From Thermoplasmatota archaeon (lineage in GTDB: Archaea; Thermoplasmatota; E2; JACPAO01; JAHFTW01), in NCBI GenBank assembly GCA_041601615.1, contig JBFIHX010000007.1, positions 32,001 through 96,000 on the forward strand: 64,000 bases of DNA, in the 5' to 3' direction. The stretch's first letter is position 1; each line of letters opens with the position of its first letter. Shown piece after piece: positions 1-9,657 of this stretch. The notes beneath the pieces were generated by a model, which was not told the origin of the DNA, did no database searches, and saw only the letters and a program-made list of their open reading frames with translations. A program made the translations under genes and the position numbers.

Positions 1-632
1 TCACCATTGCGGCGGTCCTTCTAGGCGCCTTCAGCCTCCTCACGGCAGTGTTTGCAGCGCCCGTGGTGCTCAATGTTGCGTTCCAACCAGACAGCACCAC
101 CAATCTACCAGGTGGAATTCTTGTGGTGGAAATCCTCGACGGCAATCGACCGATCAGCGGAGCCAACGTCTCCATCTCCGCCGTGGATGGTTCGTGGACC
201 GAAACGTGCAGCACGGACAGCTACGGTCTATGCGCCTTTGATCCCCTCCCCGGTGCCAAGGGAACCGTCACGGCCGGCAATGCCACTCGCGCTTTCTTCT
301 TGCCCCAGAGCCAGTTTGGGCGCTGGGACCGCAACCTTGGCGAGGACGACGAAGGCGCACCGATTGGCCTTGGCCCCGTCGATGCGCTGCCCTCGGCCCT
401 CGTGCTTGTGGCCAGTCTCTTCGGGTTTGCGGCTGCCATTTCCATGTGGAAGCGTGCCTCAGCTCGGCTCGCCTTGCTTGGCGTCGGCTTGAGCCTCTTG
501 GCACACTTGTGGGTGTTCCTGCCCATGGGGTTGGCCATTGCTGGATTTGCCGGCTACGCCCTCGTCAAGGATGCGGCGCAGTTTGGAACCGTGCCGCTGG
601 ATGACGTGGACACGGACGAGGAAGAAGAATAA
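1..632 (+). CDS. Membrane protein (5'-truncated by window edge) with a carboxypeptidase-regulatory-like beta domain between TM helices
   Basis: Frame is open from the left edge; TM, then 'PISGANVSI...TDSYG' beta domain, then 3 TM; C-terminal TM block resembles 3304..4146. Confidence 0.6.
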   Translation, partial: TIAAVLLGAFSLLTAVFAAPVVLNVAFQPDSTTNLPGGILVVEILDGNRPISGANVSISAVDGSWTETCSTDSYGLCAFDPLPGAKGTVTAGNATRAFFLPQSQFGRWDRNLGEDDEGAPIGLGPVDALPSALVLVASLFGFAAAISMWKRASARLALLGVGLSLLAHLWVFLPMGLAIAGFAGYALVKDAAQFGTVPLDDVDTDEEEE

Positions 633-651
633 CCATGAGCCAGCCGGCTCG

Positions 652-1305
652 TCAAAACCAGGCCTTCAGGGGCTCGATGAGCATTGGCCCTTGCGCGTGG
701 CTGTCTCCAACCGCCTTGTCCACCGCGTGGCCGTCCAAAACCTCCTTGGCCGGGCGAGCCAGATCTTCCCAGCCATCAGAGCGGGTCAGCCACCTCGACG
801 CTTCTTCGGGCTCCAGCACTACAGGCATCCGATTGTGCAGACCCGCCATGAACTGATTCGGAAGACAGGTGAGAATGCTTGCCACAGGTGCAGCCGGAGA
901 ACCTCCCACAAGGCCGGCAAACAACAATGGCGATTCGTCCGTGCGCGTGATCCAAAATGGCGTTTTTGCGGCGCCTGATCCTGTCCATTCGTAGAAACCA
1001 GTGGCTGGAATGACGCAATGGTCGCGGCCCCAGTGCGATGCCCACATGGGACTGGTTTGCGCCGACTCGATGCGAGCATTGAACACCGGCTTGCCGCCAG
1101 GGCCCGGAAAACCCCACTTGGCGACCTCGACTTGAAGCCTGGCGCCGCCCCCTGCTCCGTCCGCCGTGGCTACGACGATGGGTTGCGTGGGTGCAATGTT
1201 GTAGCGCGACTCCACCGCGAGACCTTCTTGCGGCACGGAGCCGATGGTCCGCTCATACCAAGCACGCATCGGCCCGGAGAAGATGTACCCGAAGCGTCCG
1301 CACAT
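652..1305 (-). CDS. SOS response-associated peptidase (SRAP/HMCES/YedK family)
   Basis: MCGRF N-terminus (catalytic Cys2 fixes the start at 1305), RYNIAPTQ, FNARIE, GFYEW, HNRMPVVL. Confidence 0.93.
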   Translation of the reverse strand: MCGRFGYIFSGPMRAWYERTIGSVPQEGLAVESRYNIAPTQPIVVATADGAGGGARLQVEVAKWGFPGPGGKPVFNARIESAQTSPMWASHWGRDHCVIPATGFYEWTGSGAAKTPFWITRTDESPLLFAGLVGGSPAAPVASILTCLPNQFMAGLHNRMPVVLEPEEASRWLTRSDGWEDLARPAKEVLDGHAVDKAVGDSHAQGPMLIEPLKAWF

Positions 1306-1358
1306 GTGACGGCCATGGGCAGCGAGAGTATTGGAACCACGCGGCCCAGCATCGGCGA

Positions 1359-2321
1359 TTATGCGAAGGTGACCGCGCCGACAACGCGCTGCGGCTTGTT
1401 GTCCACATGCCACATGACTCCTTGCTCGCCGGGCGCGTACACGAGGCCCTTTTGCAAAACACCCGTCACTTGCGCATCCTGGCCCGCCGCGGGTGCCGCT
1501 TCGTCGAGGCGAACAGGAACGAACTGCATGCCCGTGCCCACATGGACAACACTACCGGCATCCAAGGGCTGCTTGCTGTACGGACTGCGGCGCAGCTGGA
1601 ATGTCACTTTCTCGCCGGTTTTTTTGGCCACGAGCGGCGCGTCGCTGGGTGCAAGAACCATGCCTCGATCCAGCATGTCCGCCTTGGTGTTGCGAAGAGC
1701 AAGCCCCACGCGGTCGCCGGGGACAGCTTGGGGCACGTCCACGTCGTGGCACTGAATGCTGCGCACCGGGCAAATCACCTTGTCGGGCCAGGCGTACAAA
1801 GTGTCGCCCTTGTGCAGCGTGCCCTTCTTGACGACTCCGAGAATCACGGCGCCGACACCTTTGACATCGAAATGGTGGTCGATCGGCACAACCACCGCAG
1901 CGTCAGTCTCGGTGCGCTCTGGCGCTTCGGCCAAATGGGCACGAACGCGAGGCCAGTCTTCCTCAGTCAGCAAGAGCCACGATTCGAGGTGGGTGCCCTT
2001 GAGAAGCGGCGCCACTTGCTCGGGTTGAAGGTAGTCTTGGAGCACAATCACGCCGTGTTTGATGCCGGCAGCGTCGGCGGCAAGAATCTGTTCGCCCATG
2101 GCCGCATCCATTTTCGGAATGACCAGAACCGCCGCGTCAACGCCCGTTACGGTGTAGCTCAGGCACTTGAGTTGGTCCGGGTAGCGCGCCGGCACGAGCA
2201 CCGTAACGTCGCGGCCGGCCTCCTTGAAGTCGTGCAAATGAATGTCGCTCTGGGTCCCTACCTTGCCGAGTTCACGGCGGGCTTCCAGGTTGCCTAGCAA
2301 TGCAACGGTGAGACCGGGCAC
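1359..2321 (-). CDS. EF-Tu/SelB-like protein with degenerate G domain (archaeal elongation-factor domain 2 protein)
   Basis: PIDHHFDVKGVGAVILG, VRSIQCHD, PGDRVGLALRN; no GxxxxGKS/T motif; GTG start inferred. Confidence 0.8.
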   Translation of the reverse strand: MPGLTVALLGNLEARRELGKVGTQSDIHLHDFKEAGRDVTVLVPARYPDQLKCLSYTVTGVDAAVLVIPKMDAAMGEQILAADAAGIKHGVIVLQDYLQPEQVAPLLKGTHLESWLLLTEEDWPRVRAHLAEAPERTETDAAVVVPIDHHFDVKGVGAVILGVVKKGTLHKGDTLYAWPDKVICPVRSIQCHDVDVPQAVPGDRVGLALRNTKADMLDRGMVLAPSDAPLVAKKTGEKVTFQLRRSPYSKQPLDAGSVVHVGTGMQFVPVRLDEAAPAAGQDAQVTGVLQKGLVYAPGEQGVMWHVDNKPQRVVGAVTFA

Positions 2322-2373
2322 GGGCGCGCCACCGGGGCCGGATACATATTCGTTGGCAGGGCCGTGGCTCCGG

Positions 2374-3237
2374 CTAGCCTTGGGCTCCGTAGGCGCGCCA
2401 GACCTCATTCATGGCGTTCTGCGTATTCACGAAAAGGATGATGATGAACACCAATGCAGTCACAGCCACAAGGGCACCGAGGATGGGAATCCCGCTGATG
2501 ATGGCACTACAGTAGTAGAAAATCAGGAAAAACAACATCGTCCCCGCGGCAATGGGCGTGCGCCCGATGCGAGTCTGGGCCTGTGCCGTAGTTTTCCAGA
2601 GCCGGTCCATCCCGATGATGTGCAGGATGGCGGCCACGAGTTGGATGATGCCTCCGATCGCGATGATCACAAGAGCCGCCAACACTTGCGTGATGAATTC
2701 CTCCATTTGCTCGTCCGAAAGATCGGAGCCTTCGGATTCCATGACCAAATCAAGATAGGGAACAAACGCCATCAGGCCACCAATGAAGAGGATGACGCTC
2801 GCGACGGCCCCCAGAATGACATAGAGGCGCAAGGGTTTGCCCACATTCGCATCCTCCTGGAAGGCGTCCATTTCCGCGCCTGCTTTCCAGTGCCACACGA
2901 GGCCGTAGATGCCGAAGGTGACGACATACAGCAGAAAATTGATGCCGGGGCTACGAATCTTTCCCGGTTTCGCGCCCGACGCCGATCCAGTCATGGCGGC
3001 AGCAGGCGCTTGCGGCGCACCATAGGGATTGTGTTCGGGTGAAAGGCCGCCCGATGGCCAGGGATTCGGTGCCTGTGCTCCTGCGGGAGGCGCTGCAGGG
3101 ATGGCCGAATCGGTGGGTGCACGTCCTGCCGGCGCTCCGAATCCACATTGGAAACACTCTGGCGGTTCGCCTGCGGCAATTTCGACGACGGTGGAACAAC
3201 GGGGGCAACGGACGCGAGGCATAGGCATGATGGCCAC
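2374..3237 (-). CDS. Zn-ribbon plus DUF4234-like membrane protein
   Basis: CPRC...CFQC, Pro-rich linker, 'RSPG..LLYVVTFGIYGLVW', 'QNAMNEVW'. Confidence 0.7.
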   Translation of the reverse strand: MAIMPMPRVRCPRCSTVVEIAAGEPPECFQCGFGAPAGRAPTDSAIPAAPPAGAQAPNPWPSGGLSPEHNPYGAPQAPAAAMTGSASGAKPGKIRSPGINFLLYVVTFGIYGLVWHWKAGAEMDAFQEDANVGKPLRLYVILGAVASVILFIGGLMAFVPYLDLVMESEGSDLSDEQMEEFITQVLAALVIIAIGGIIQLVAAILHIIGMDRLWKTTAQAQTRIGRTPIAAGTMLFFLIFYYCSAIISGIPILGALVAVTALVFIIILFVNTQNAMNEVWRAYGAQG

Positions 3238-3303
3238 GGAGCCCGTACTTTATCGGTGTGCCGAGACGCAACCGCTTATGGTCGGCGCGGCCTCGCCGGC
3301 TTC

Positions 3304-4146
3304 GTGGAAGAGCGCGTGCAGTGCGCCGAGTGCGGCAACCAGTACGATTCCAACGAGAACGCCTTCTGTCCGCGCTGCGGCTCTGTCCCGCGTGCCCGAA
3401 GCGGCGACGCTGCGGCACCCCCGGCAGCCACCTTGAGGCTGTCCCGGTTGGACCCGTCCCTAAGAAGACTGCGCGCCGCAGGCCTGGTGCTGATGATTCT
3501 TGGCTCTCTAGCCGCGCTACAATTTCTCTACGTCGTCGCGGTGGCTCCCGGCCCCGACGAGCAATTTCTGAACGACGTGTCCGATTTGGAACCGTTTGCA
3601 TCCCAGCCCGGCGGCAAGATTTCCTTGTACATCTCAGGAGGTGCCGGCAACGAATCCATTGCCGCCACCGCCCCCAATGGCACGGTCATGGCGCAAACAG
3701 CGCTCGAAAACGGCAAGGGCTGGTTCAACACCACCCTCGCGACCACATTTTCCAACATCACCATCACCGACTCGGACCACATCACCCGCGTCCTACTGCG
3801 CGTCTACTTGCCCGCCGGAAACGACCTCGATTCGACGGTGGACCTCGCAACCGTCGACTTCGAGGCCGAGCCAACCTGGCTCGTGGCCGACACCAGCACC
3901 GTAGTGCGCACCCTGGCAGGCTTTGCCACGTTCATGGCGCTCGTGGTCGTCGCGGGTGGCCTCGGAGCGTGGCGGCAACGGACCCGGGGACTTGCCCTGT
4001 TGGCAGGCTCCCTCGCGGTGTTTCCGGGCTTGCTCGTGCTGCCGTTCCAATTCCTAGCCGGAGTACTCCTGTTGCTGCCCGGTGCCATTGCCCTAGCGTT
4101 CATCATCGCTGGCCGGCGCCACTTTGTGCGCAAGGACCAGAGCTAA
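3304..4146 (+). CDS. Zn-ribbon membrane protein
   Basis: CAEC...CPRC, TM, beta-rich loop, 3 TM; TATA-like CTTAT about 28 nt upstream of the GTG. Confidence 0.65.
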   Translation: MEERVQCAECGNQYDSNENAFCPRCGSVPRARSGDAAAPPAATLRLSRLDPSLRRLRAAGLVLMILGSLAALQFLYVVAVAPGPDEQFLNDVSDLEPFASQPGGKISLYISGGAGNESIAATAPNGTVMAQTALENGKGWFNTTLATTFSNITITDSDHITRVLLRVYLPAGNDLDSTVDLATVDFEAEPTWLVADTSTVVRTLAGFATFMALVVVAGGLGAWRQRTRGLALLAGSLAVFPGLLVLPFQFLAGVLLLLPGAIALAFIIAGRRHFVRKDQS

Positions 4147-4291
4147 CACGAACGCTCCGCCCAAGCGGGCGCAGGGGATTGGAAACCATGCTCAGACCCG
4201 GCTTAAGGCCCACTCGCTGGCCTCGGTGCGAAAGCGGACGCTGCTTCGGTGGCAGAATCAAGTTCCACTCCCGGCGAGCTTCGAACCGGTT

Positions 4292-5068
4292 TCAGGTGGC
4301 GTCCGGCGACTCCAACACTTGCTTTGGCAGCCCATGCAGAGGCGGCAAGACCTCTTTTTCACCGCATTGCGGACAAACCAAGGCCACTTCTTCATACGGA
4401 TCGGCTTGAGCATCGAAGGAGTGCTCGTTCGAGCAAGTCACATGCAGAATGCGCGTCGGAGGCCGCACGGGGCGCTTCCAAGGCAGCAACGGGGTGCTGC
4501 CGCCCAAATCCCGCACTTCTTGGCGAGCCTGGGCAACCCCCTCAAAGCCACTCATCCGCTGGCGCCAGCGGTCCTGGCGTTGGCGCTGGCGACGGTCAAA
4601 CCGGCTGCCCGTGACGTACGAATCCAAGCGAGCCGCCTCCAATTCCTTGAGAAACTCAGGATCGCTTTGGAGGCCCACATCGATATCGATGGCGTGGCTC
4701 GGGTCCGCCTTTTCCAGGGCCCAGTACTTATTGAGCCGGTCCTGACTCCAACCAATGAACGCGGCGTTGCCCAGAATCGGCACCAATCCGAAGGCGCAGA
4801 GCGCCGGCGTCGGCCCATACCCTAGGTCCGAGTCGCTCAGAACATGGTTCAATCGCGCCGCCGTCTGGCACTGCACAATGAACGGACCAATGATGGGCAG
4901 CAAAAGCAGAACCAGATTCAAGCGGTGGTTCAAACCGAGCGCCGCATGCCCGTCCACCTCTTTGTTGACCCGGTACAACCACACGCGACGCGTGACGCCC
5001 AGCGACAACAGATAGTAGACGATCCGCTTCCAGACCACTCGGTCCCGGCCCACGAACACGACGCGCAC
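4292..5068 (-). CDS. DUF4234-like membrane protein with C-terminal Zn ribbon
   Basis: 'LLSLGVTRRVWLYRVNKE', 'QDRLNKYW', CSNEH...CPQC. Confidence 0.65.
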   Translation of the reverse strand: MRVVFVGRDRVVWKRIVYYLLSLGVTRRVWLYRVNKEVDGHAALGLNHRLNLVLLLLPIIGPFIVQCQTAARLNHVLSDSDLGYGPTPALCAFGLVPILGNAAFIGWSQDRLNKYWALEKADPSHAIDIDVGLQSDPEFLKELEAARLDSYVTGSRFDRRQRQRQDRWRQRMSGFEGVAQARQEVRDLGGSTPLLPWKRPVRPPTRILHVTCSNEHSFDAQADPYEEVALVCPQCGEKEVLPPLHGLPKQVLESPDAT

Positions 5069-5172
5069 AAACCGCCCACGCAGCCGCCACGATATGATGT
5101 GTTCGGAGGAAGCGCATGAGCGATTGCAGCAGCGCCAGCGTCATGCGACGCTTTTTCTAGGGCTCCACAACC

Positions 5173-5178
5173 CTTAAC
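5173..5178 (+). promoter_or_regulatory. Putative TATA box (leaderless transcript)
   Basis: CTTAAC about 25 nt before ATG 5203 in GC-rich context. Confidence 0.4.
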
Positions 5179-5202
5179 ACGATGTGCTCCAACCCCTGAT
5201 TC

Positions 5203-6351
5203 ATGAGTCTCAAGGCCGCACTGGTGGCCCTCCTGATGGCCAGCGTCGCTCTTGCCGGTTGCAGCGGCAGCGCCGACGACGGTGCCCCGTTCACGGTCAA
5301 GCAAGCCAAGGACCCCATCACCGAACCATTCACCTTCACAGCCAAGGTCAACGCTGACGAATACAAGTGGGAACTCGGCGACGGCAAGGCCCCCAAATTC
5401 GGCAAGACCATCGAGTACGTCTACGGCTTCACCGACGGGGAAGTGCGCGCCAAGCTCACCACCACCAAGGACACCGTCGTCACAGTCCACCCCGCCAAGA
5501 CCCTCGTGCTCGGCTCGGGCCAAAACGCCAAGCCGGCGTTCCAACTCGACGTGGAACACAACTGGGTCCAAGCCGGCGAACAAGTCACCCTCAGTGGCGC
5601 CAGCAGCACCGACGCCGACAACGATCCGCTGCTCTTCAACTGGTTCTGCGTGCGTCAAAGCGACATCGGACCCGCCGGCGCCGGACACGCCCACGGCCCC
5701 GGAGGAGTCGCCTATGGCTCGACTGGACCCGACCCGATTCCCGCTCGCGTCCTCAACGGCACCGACGTCCCCGCCGCCGACCGCAACGTGCAAGGCGACT
5801 TGTGCGCCAACATGGCAGGCGACGGCTTCTTCAGCACCAATGCCACCCTGCGCGGCGCATTCGAGACCGCCGGCATCTACAAAGTGACCATGCTGGCCAA
5901 GGACCCCAAAACCTCCAGCCTGCCCGGCAGCATCCTCATCTACGTCACGGACGCACCGCGCCAAACCGAAGTGGAAGTCATCGAACTCACCGGCAGCCTC
6001 GGCACCGGCAAACCCGCCGAACTCGACGGTCTTGCATGCCAAGAGAACATCAACCAATGCGACCACCTGGCAGACGAGCGCTTCCAAGTCCTGTACCCCG
6101 TCTTGGGCTTCAAGTCCGAAGTTGCGTCCAGTTCCAACGTTGGCCAGGCACTCTTTTCGTCCTGCTCCAGCGAGAAGGCCTCGGAAACCACCGACGCCAT
6201 CACCGGCAGTGTCGCGTACCTCGACCCGGGCCAACACTGCCTGCGTGTCTACAACCGCAGCAACGGTGCCAGCGCCGACTACACGCTGACCCTGACGTTC
6301 CAATACGTCACGGACCCAGTGCTCCTGTTTGACGACCCCAACGGCCACTGA
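5203..6351 (+). CDS. PKD-domain lipoprotein
   Basis: Lipobox ALAGC; YKWELGDG and 'LSGASSTDADNDPLLFNW' PKD signatures. Confidence 0.75.
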   Translation: MSLKAALVALLMASVALAGCSGSADDGAPFTVKQAKDPITEPFTFTAKVNADEYKWELGDGKAPKFGKTIEYVYGFTDGEVRAKLTTTKDTVVTVHPAKTLVLGSGQNAKPAFQLDVEHNWVQAGEQVTLSGASSTDADNDPLLFNWFCVRQSDIGPAGAGHAHGPGGVAYGSTGPDPIPARVLNGTDVPAADRNVQGDLCANMAGDGFFSTNATLRGAFETAGIYKVTMLAKDPKTSSLPGSILIYVTDAPRQTEVEVIELTGSLGTGKPAELDGLACQENINQCDHLADERFQVLYPVLGFKSEVASSSNVGQALFSSCSSEKASETTDAITGSVAYLDPGQHCLRVYNRSNGASADYTLTLTFQYVTDPVLLFDDPNGH

Positions 6352-6379
6352 ACCAGGAACTCGGAGGCGAACCCCACGC

Positions 6380-6520
6380 CCCCAATCCCTCCTTGATCCC
6401 TCCTCCTCTCTCCTCATCCCTTCCTCATCCACACTCCTCCACCCCCATTCCATCCCTGTCTCATCCACCCCCATTCCATCCTTTCCTCCTCCACATTCGT
6501 TTCCTTGCATTCCCCTCGCA
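6380..6520 (+). other. Long C/T-rich, nearly G-free tract after stop codon (possible terminator region)
   Basis: cccaatccctccttgatccctcctcctctctcctcatccc... Confidence 0.5.
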
Positions 6521-6759
6521 TGTTTGGCACCCCATTTTGGGCTCCAAACCCGACGAAACACCTGACGGACCCCCGCGCAACAAAACGGGAAATCGCGCCA
6601 CGAGCACCCCTTCCGTCGGACCCGGGACACAACCCTTATGCAGCACGGCTCCAACGCCAGAGCGAACGCGTCCGCCGCCCAGCCCAGCCGCAGACTTCAC
6701 CAACCCGCACGGAAGGTATGAGTAGCGGCAAAGACAGGTGGACCCCTCGAGGAACCCCC

Positions 6760-8475
6760 ATGCGACGAACAGCCCCCCTGATTGCCCTCGCCATGCTCAC
6801 CCTCACCCTCTCTGGGTGTTTCGGCGGCAGCGACGACGGCTTCGACTACACGCCGGGCTCCGGCTTCAAGCCCACCGGCAACACCGTCCACCTCAAGGCG
6901 AGCGTCGTCGACTGGACCATGCACCAAATCTACCCCGGCTTCGTCGCCAACCTCTGGGCATTCTGCTTCGAGGCAGCCGACCCCACCGACACCTACAGCG
7001 CCAACGCCATCGAATACTGGCCCGGCGTTGCCACGGACGGCAGCGTGGGAGAAGGCTACGAACCCTTCGACGGCAAATGCAGCGTACCCGGACCCACCCT
7101 CCGCGTCCAACAAGGCGACCGCGTCATCGTGGACTTCGCCCACAACCACTTCCACGCCCACACCATCCACTGGCACGGCCAACACACCCCCTGGGAAGAC
7201 GACGGCGCACCCGGCGTCAACCAAGACAGCGTCCAACCCGGCGAAAGCTTCACCTACGACTTCGTTGCCAAGCGCGCCGGCAGCCTCTGGTACCACTGCC
7301 ACGTCGACACCCAATTCCACGTCATGCAAGGCCTCTACGGCGTCTTCATCGTCGAACCCCAAGACGACCGCATGGAACCAGAAGTGGACGAAGAATACAT
7401 CCTCGTCTACTCCAGCCTCAACCGCGAACACGTCCAAGTGACCCCCGAACGCCTCGCAGACCCCCACAAAGACCACCGCCACAAAGCCGGTGAATGCGGC
7501 GCCAGCGGCATCCAAAACTGCCAGAACCCGCCCATCGACGTCACCCCCGACACCTGGATGCTCAATGGCCGAAGCCTGCCCTTCAGCGTCGAAGACCCAG
7601 CCAGCGTAGTGCGGCTTGACGAAGGCGACACCGTCCGATTGCGCCTGTTCAACATGGGCGAGACCTTCGAAACCATCCACACCCACGGCCACGACATGCT
7701 CGTGACCCACCGCGACGGCAACCCGCTCCAACCCGAGGCACAATTCTGGGTCGACACCCTCACCATCGGCCCCGCCGAGCGCTACGACGTGCTCATCTTC
7801 GGCGACAACCCCGGCCTCTGGATGATGCACTCCCACGTCGACCACCACGTCACCAACGACCACATGGCCCCCGGCGGCGCCATGGGCATCATCGCCTACC
7901 GAGACGTAGAGGCGGAAGTCGGCAGCCTGCGACCCTTTGCCGCAGAACTTGCAGGCGGCCTCGCATACACGACGCCCCTGGCCCTCCCCGGCGATGTCTA
8001 CCGCACCACCGGCGAGCTGAACGTGGGTGAAGCAAGCATCCCGATCAGTACCGTCGGCGACAACGTCCAAGAATCCCTCGGATTCGACGTGGGCCTCCCC
8101 TGCGCGGCCCGCAGCATCCAAGTGGTTGCAGCCTACGACACCGGCGTCTTCAATGGCATCCCCAACATCCCCCGGGACCTCACCCTGCGACTCCGCGACG
8201 GCAACGGCGACTTGATCGAAGGCGCCGAAATCGCCCTCGTTGCAGGCCAATCCAGGAACATCACCCTGGTGGACGTGGCGGTCGTGCCCCTGCTTGCCCC
8301 CGGCACCTGGACCGCAGAAGTCAACGGCAACAGCATCCAGGGCACCCTGAAGATCGACGCCATCGTTGACAACTTCGAGACCGAGGAGAAGGTGTTCTAC
8401 GAAGACGCCAACCGCAACGTGCGAGGCACCGACTGCGACCCGGCCCAGCGCGTCTTCAACCCGCTCAACCCGTAA
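6760..8475 (+). CDS. Two-domain multicopper oxidase lipoprotein with C-terminal extension
   Basis: Lipobox LSGC; HTIHWHG, WYHCH-x5-H, TIHTHGH, WMMHSH. Confidence 0.88.
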   Translation: MRRTAPLIALAMLTLTLSGCFGGSDDGFDYTPGSGFKPTGNTVHLKASVVDWTMHQIYPGFVANLWAFCFEAADPTDTYSANAIEYWPGVATDGSVGEGYEPFDGKCSVPGPTLRVQQGDRVIVDFAHNHFHAHTIHWHGQHTPWEDDGAPGVNQDSVQPGESFTYDFVAKRAGSLWYHCHVDTQFHVMQGLYGVFIVEPQDDRMEPEVDEEYILVYSSLNREHVQVTPERLADPHKDHRHKAGECGASGIQNCQNPPIDVTPDTWMLNGRSLPFSVEDPASVVRLDEGDTVRLRLFNMGETFETIHTHGHDMLVTHRDGNPLQPEAQFWVDTLTIGPAERYDVLIFGDNPGLWMMHSHVDHHVTNDHMAPGGAMGIIAYRDVEAEVGSLRPFAAELAGGLAYTTPLALPGDVYRTTGELNVGEASIPISTVGDNVQESLGFDVGLPCAARSIQVVAAYDTGVFNGIPNIPRDLTLRLRDGNGDLIEGAEIALVAGQSRNITLVDVAVVPLLAPGTWTAEVNGNSIQGTLKIDAIVDNFETEEKVFYEDANRNVRGTDCDPAQRVFNPLNP

Positions 8476-8489
8476 GCAAGCCGCTTGGA

Positions 8490-8640
8490 GCCTTCTTTCC
8501 CCCTCACCCCTCCTCCATCCCGCGATCCTTTCTCCCTTCCTTTCCCCCTTCCTTTGCCACCCTCCCATCGCATCCCCTCCTCCGCCCCCACGTCTTGATT
8601 CATTTCATCCACCATTTCCCCATCAATTCCCCCTCCGCGC
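8490..8640 (+). other. Long C/T-rich tract after stop codon
   Basis: ccttctttccccctcacccctcctccatcc... Confidence 0.5.
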
Positions 8641-8752
8641 CCAATTTGCCCCCGGAATCCGTTCCGCACTCCCGGAATCTTCCATCCGATACCCTAGCAT
8701 CATTAGGGAAGAATGACGGATTTCTTGAAATTCCCCCCGCGTATGACGGCCC

Positions 8753-8998
8753 ATGCGCGTAGCCCTCATCTTCGCCGCCTTGCTCCTGACCGCCGGCTTC
8801 GCCTTCGCCCCCTCCAGCAGTGCCGCAAACTGCGGCGGCACCGTCGACATCGACTGCGACGCCTCCTACTGCACCATCTACGCATTCAACGGCATCCGCC
8901 CCTACTGCGTCTACGGCGAAAATGGCCACTGCATCGTCTACACATCCGTCACCATCGCCAGCATCACCACCAACGCACTCACCTGCATCCCAAACTAG
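8753..8998 (+). CDS. Small secreted Cys-rich protein (6 Cys in mature part)
   Basis: Signal peptide ending APSSSA; host-like codon usage. Confidence 0.75.
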   Translation: MRVALIFAALLLTAGFAFAPSSSAANCGGTVDIDCDASYCTIYAFNGIRPYCVYGENGHCIVYTSVTIASITTNALTCIPN

Positions 8999-9075
8999 TC
9001 CCAGCCGCCCCCACCTCTTCCTAAACCCTTAAACCACGGCCAACTTGGCGCAGCCCGTCCCTGGGAGCGCACGCC

Positions 9076-9651
9076 ATGTACCGTATCATCCAAATGGAAG
9101 ACACCGTCCGGATCCCGCCCGAGCGGATGACCGACGAACTCACGACGACCATCGCTGTGCTTGTGCAGGAATCCTTTGAAGGACGCCTGACCAAAAACCA
9201 CGGCATCACCGTCCTGACCACCAACGTCCTGCCCAAGGGCCAGGGCAGCGTCATCCACGGCGACGGCGCCATCTACCAAAAGGTCGGCTTCGACGCGCTT
9301 GTCTTCAAGCCCGACGTTCAAGAAGTCGTGGACGGCATTGTTGCCGAAGTCGTCGAATTCGGCGCCTTCGTCCACATCGGCCCCCTCGACGCACTCGTCC
9401 ACATGAGCCAAGTCATGAACGACTTCATGACCGCCGACGTGCACAACGAGCGCCTGACCGGAAAGGAATCCGGCCGCTTCCTCGATGTTGGCGACAACGT
9501 GCGCGCCCGCATCGTCACCGCCAGCCTCAACGAACTCTCGCCCCGCGAATCCAAGATCGGCTTGACTATGCGCCAGCCCGGTCTCGGCAAATTCGAGTGG
9601 ATCGAAGAGGACCGCATCCGGGCCCGCGAACAGGCCGCCGCAGGAGCCTAG
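9076..9651 (+). CDS. rpoE1: DNA-directed RNA polymerase subunit E' (Rpo7)
   Basis: DTVRIPP, IHGDGAIY, EFGAFVHIGPLDALVHMSQ, KIGLTMRQPGLGK. Confidence 0.97.
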   Translation: MYRIIQMEDTVRIPPERMTDELTTTIAVLVQESFEGRLTKNHGITVLTTNVLPKGQGSVIHGDGAIYQKVGFDALVFKPDVQEVVDGIVAEVVEFGAFVHIGPLDALVHMSQVMNDFMTADVHNERLTGKESGRFLDVGDNVRARIVTASLNELSPRESKIGLTMRQPGLGKFEWIEEDRIRAREQAAAGA

Positions 9652-9657
9652 AACCCC

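Noticed and set aside
6760-8475. Copper nitrite reductase (nirK)
   Set aside because: HTIHWH has His where NirK has the catalytic Asp, and the full trinuclear His set is present.
6697-8568. Long antisense or alternate-frame ORFs (also 4930..6654, 10936..12801, 16290..17483, 32322..33752, 45832..47385, 54575..55624, 57766..59895)
   Set aside because: Shadows of real genes in GC-rich, skewed DNA; low-complexity V/G/D or R/P/H composition with no motifs.
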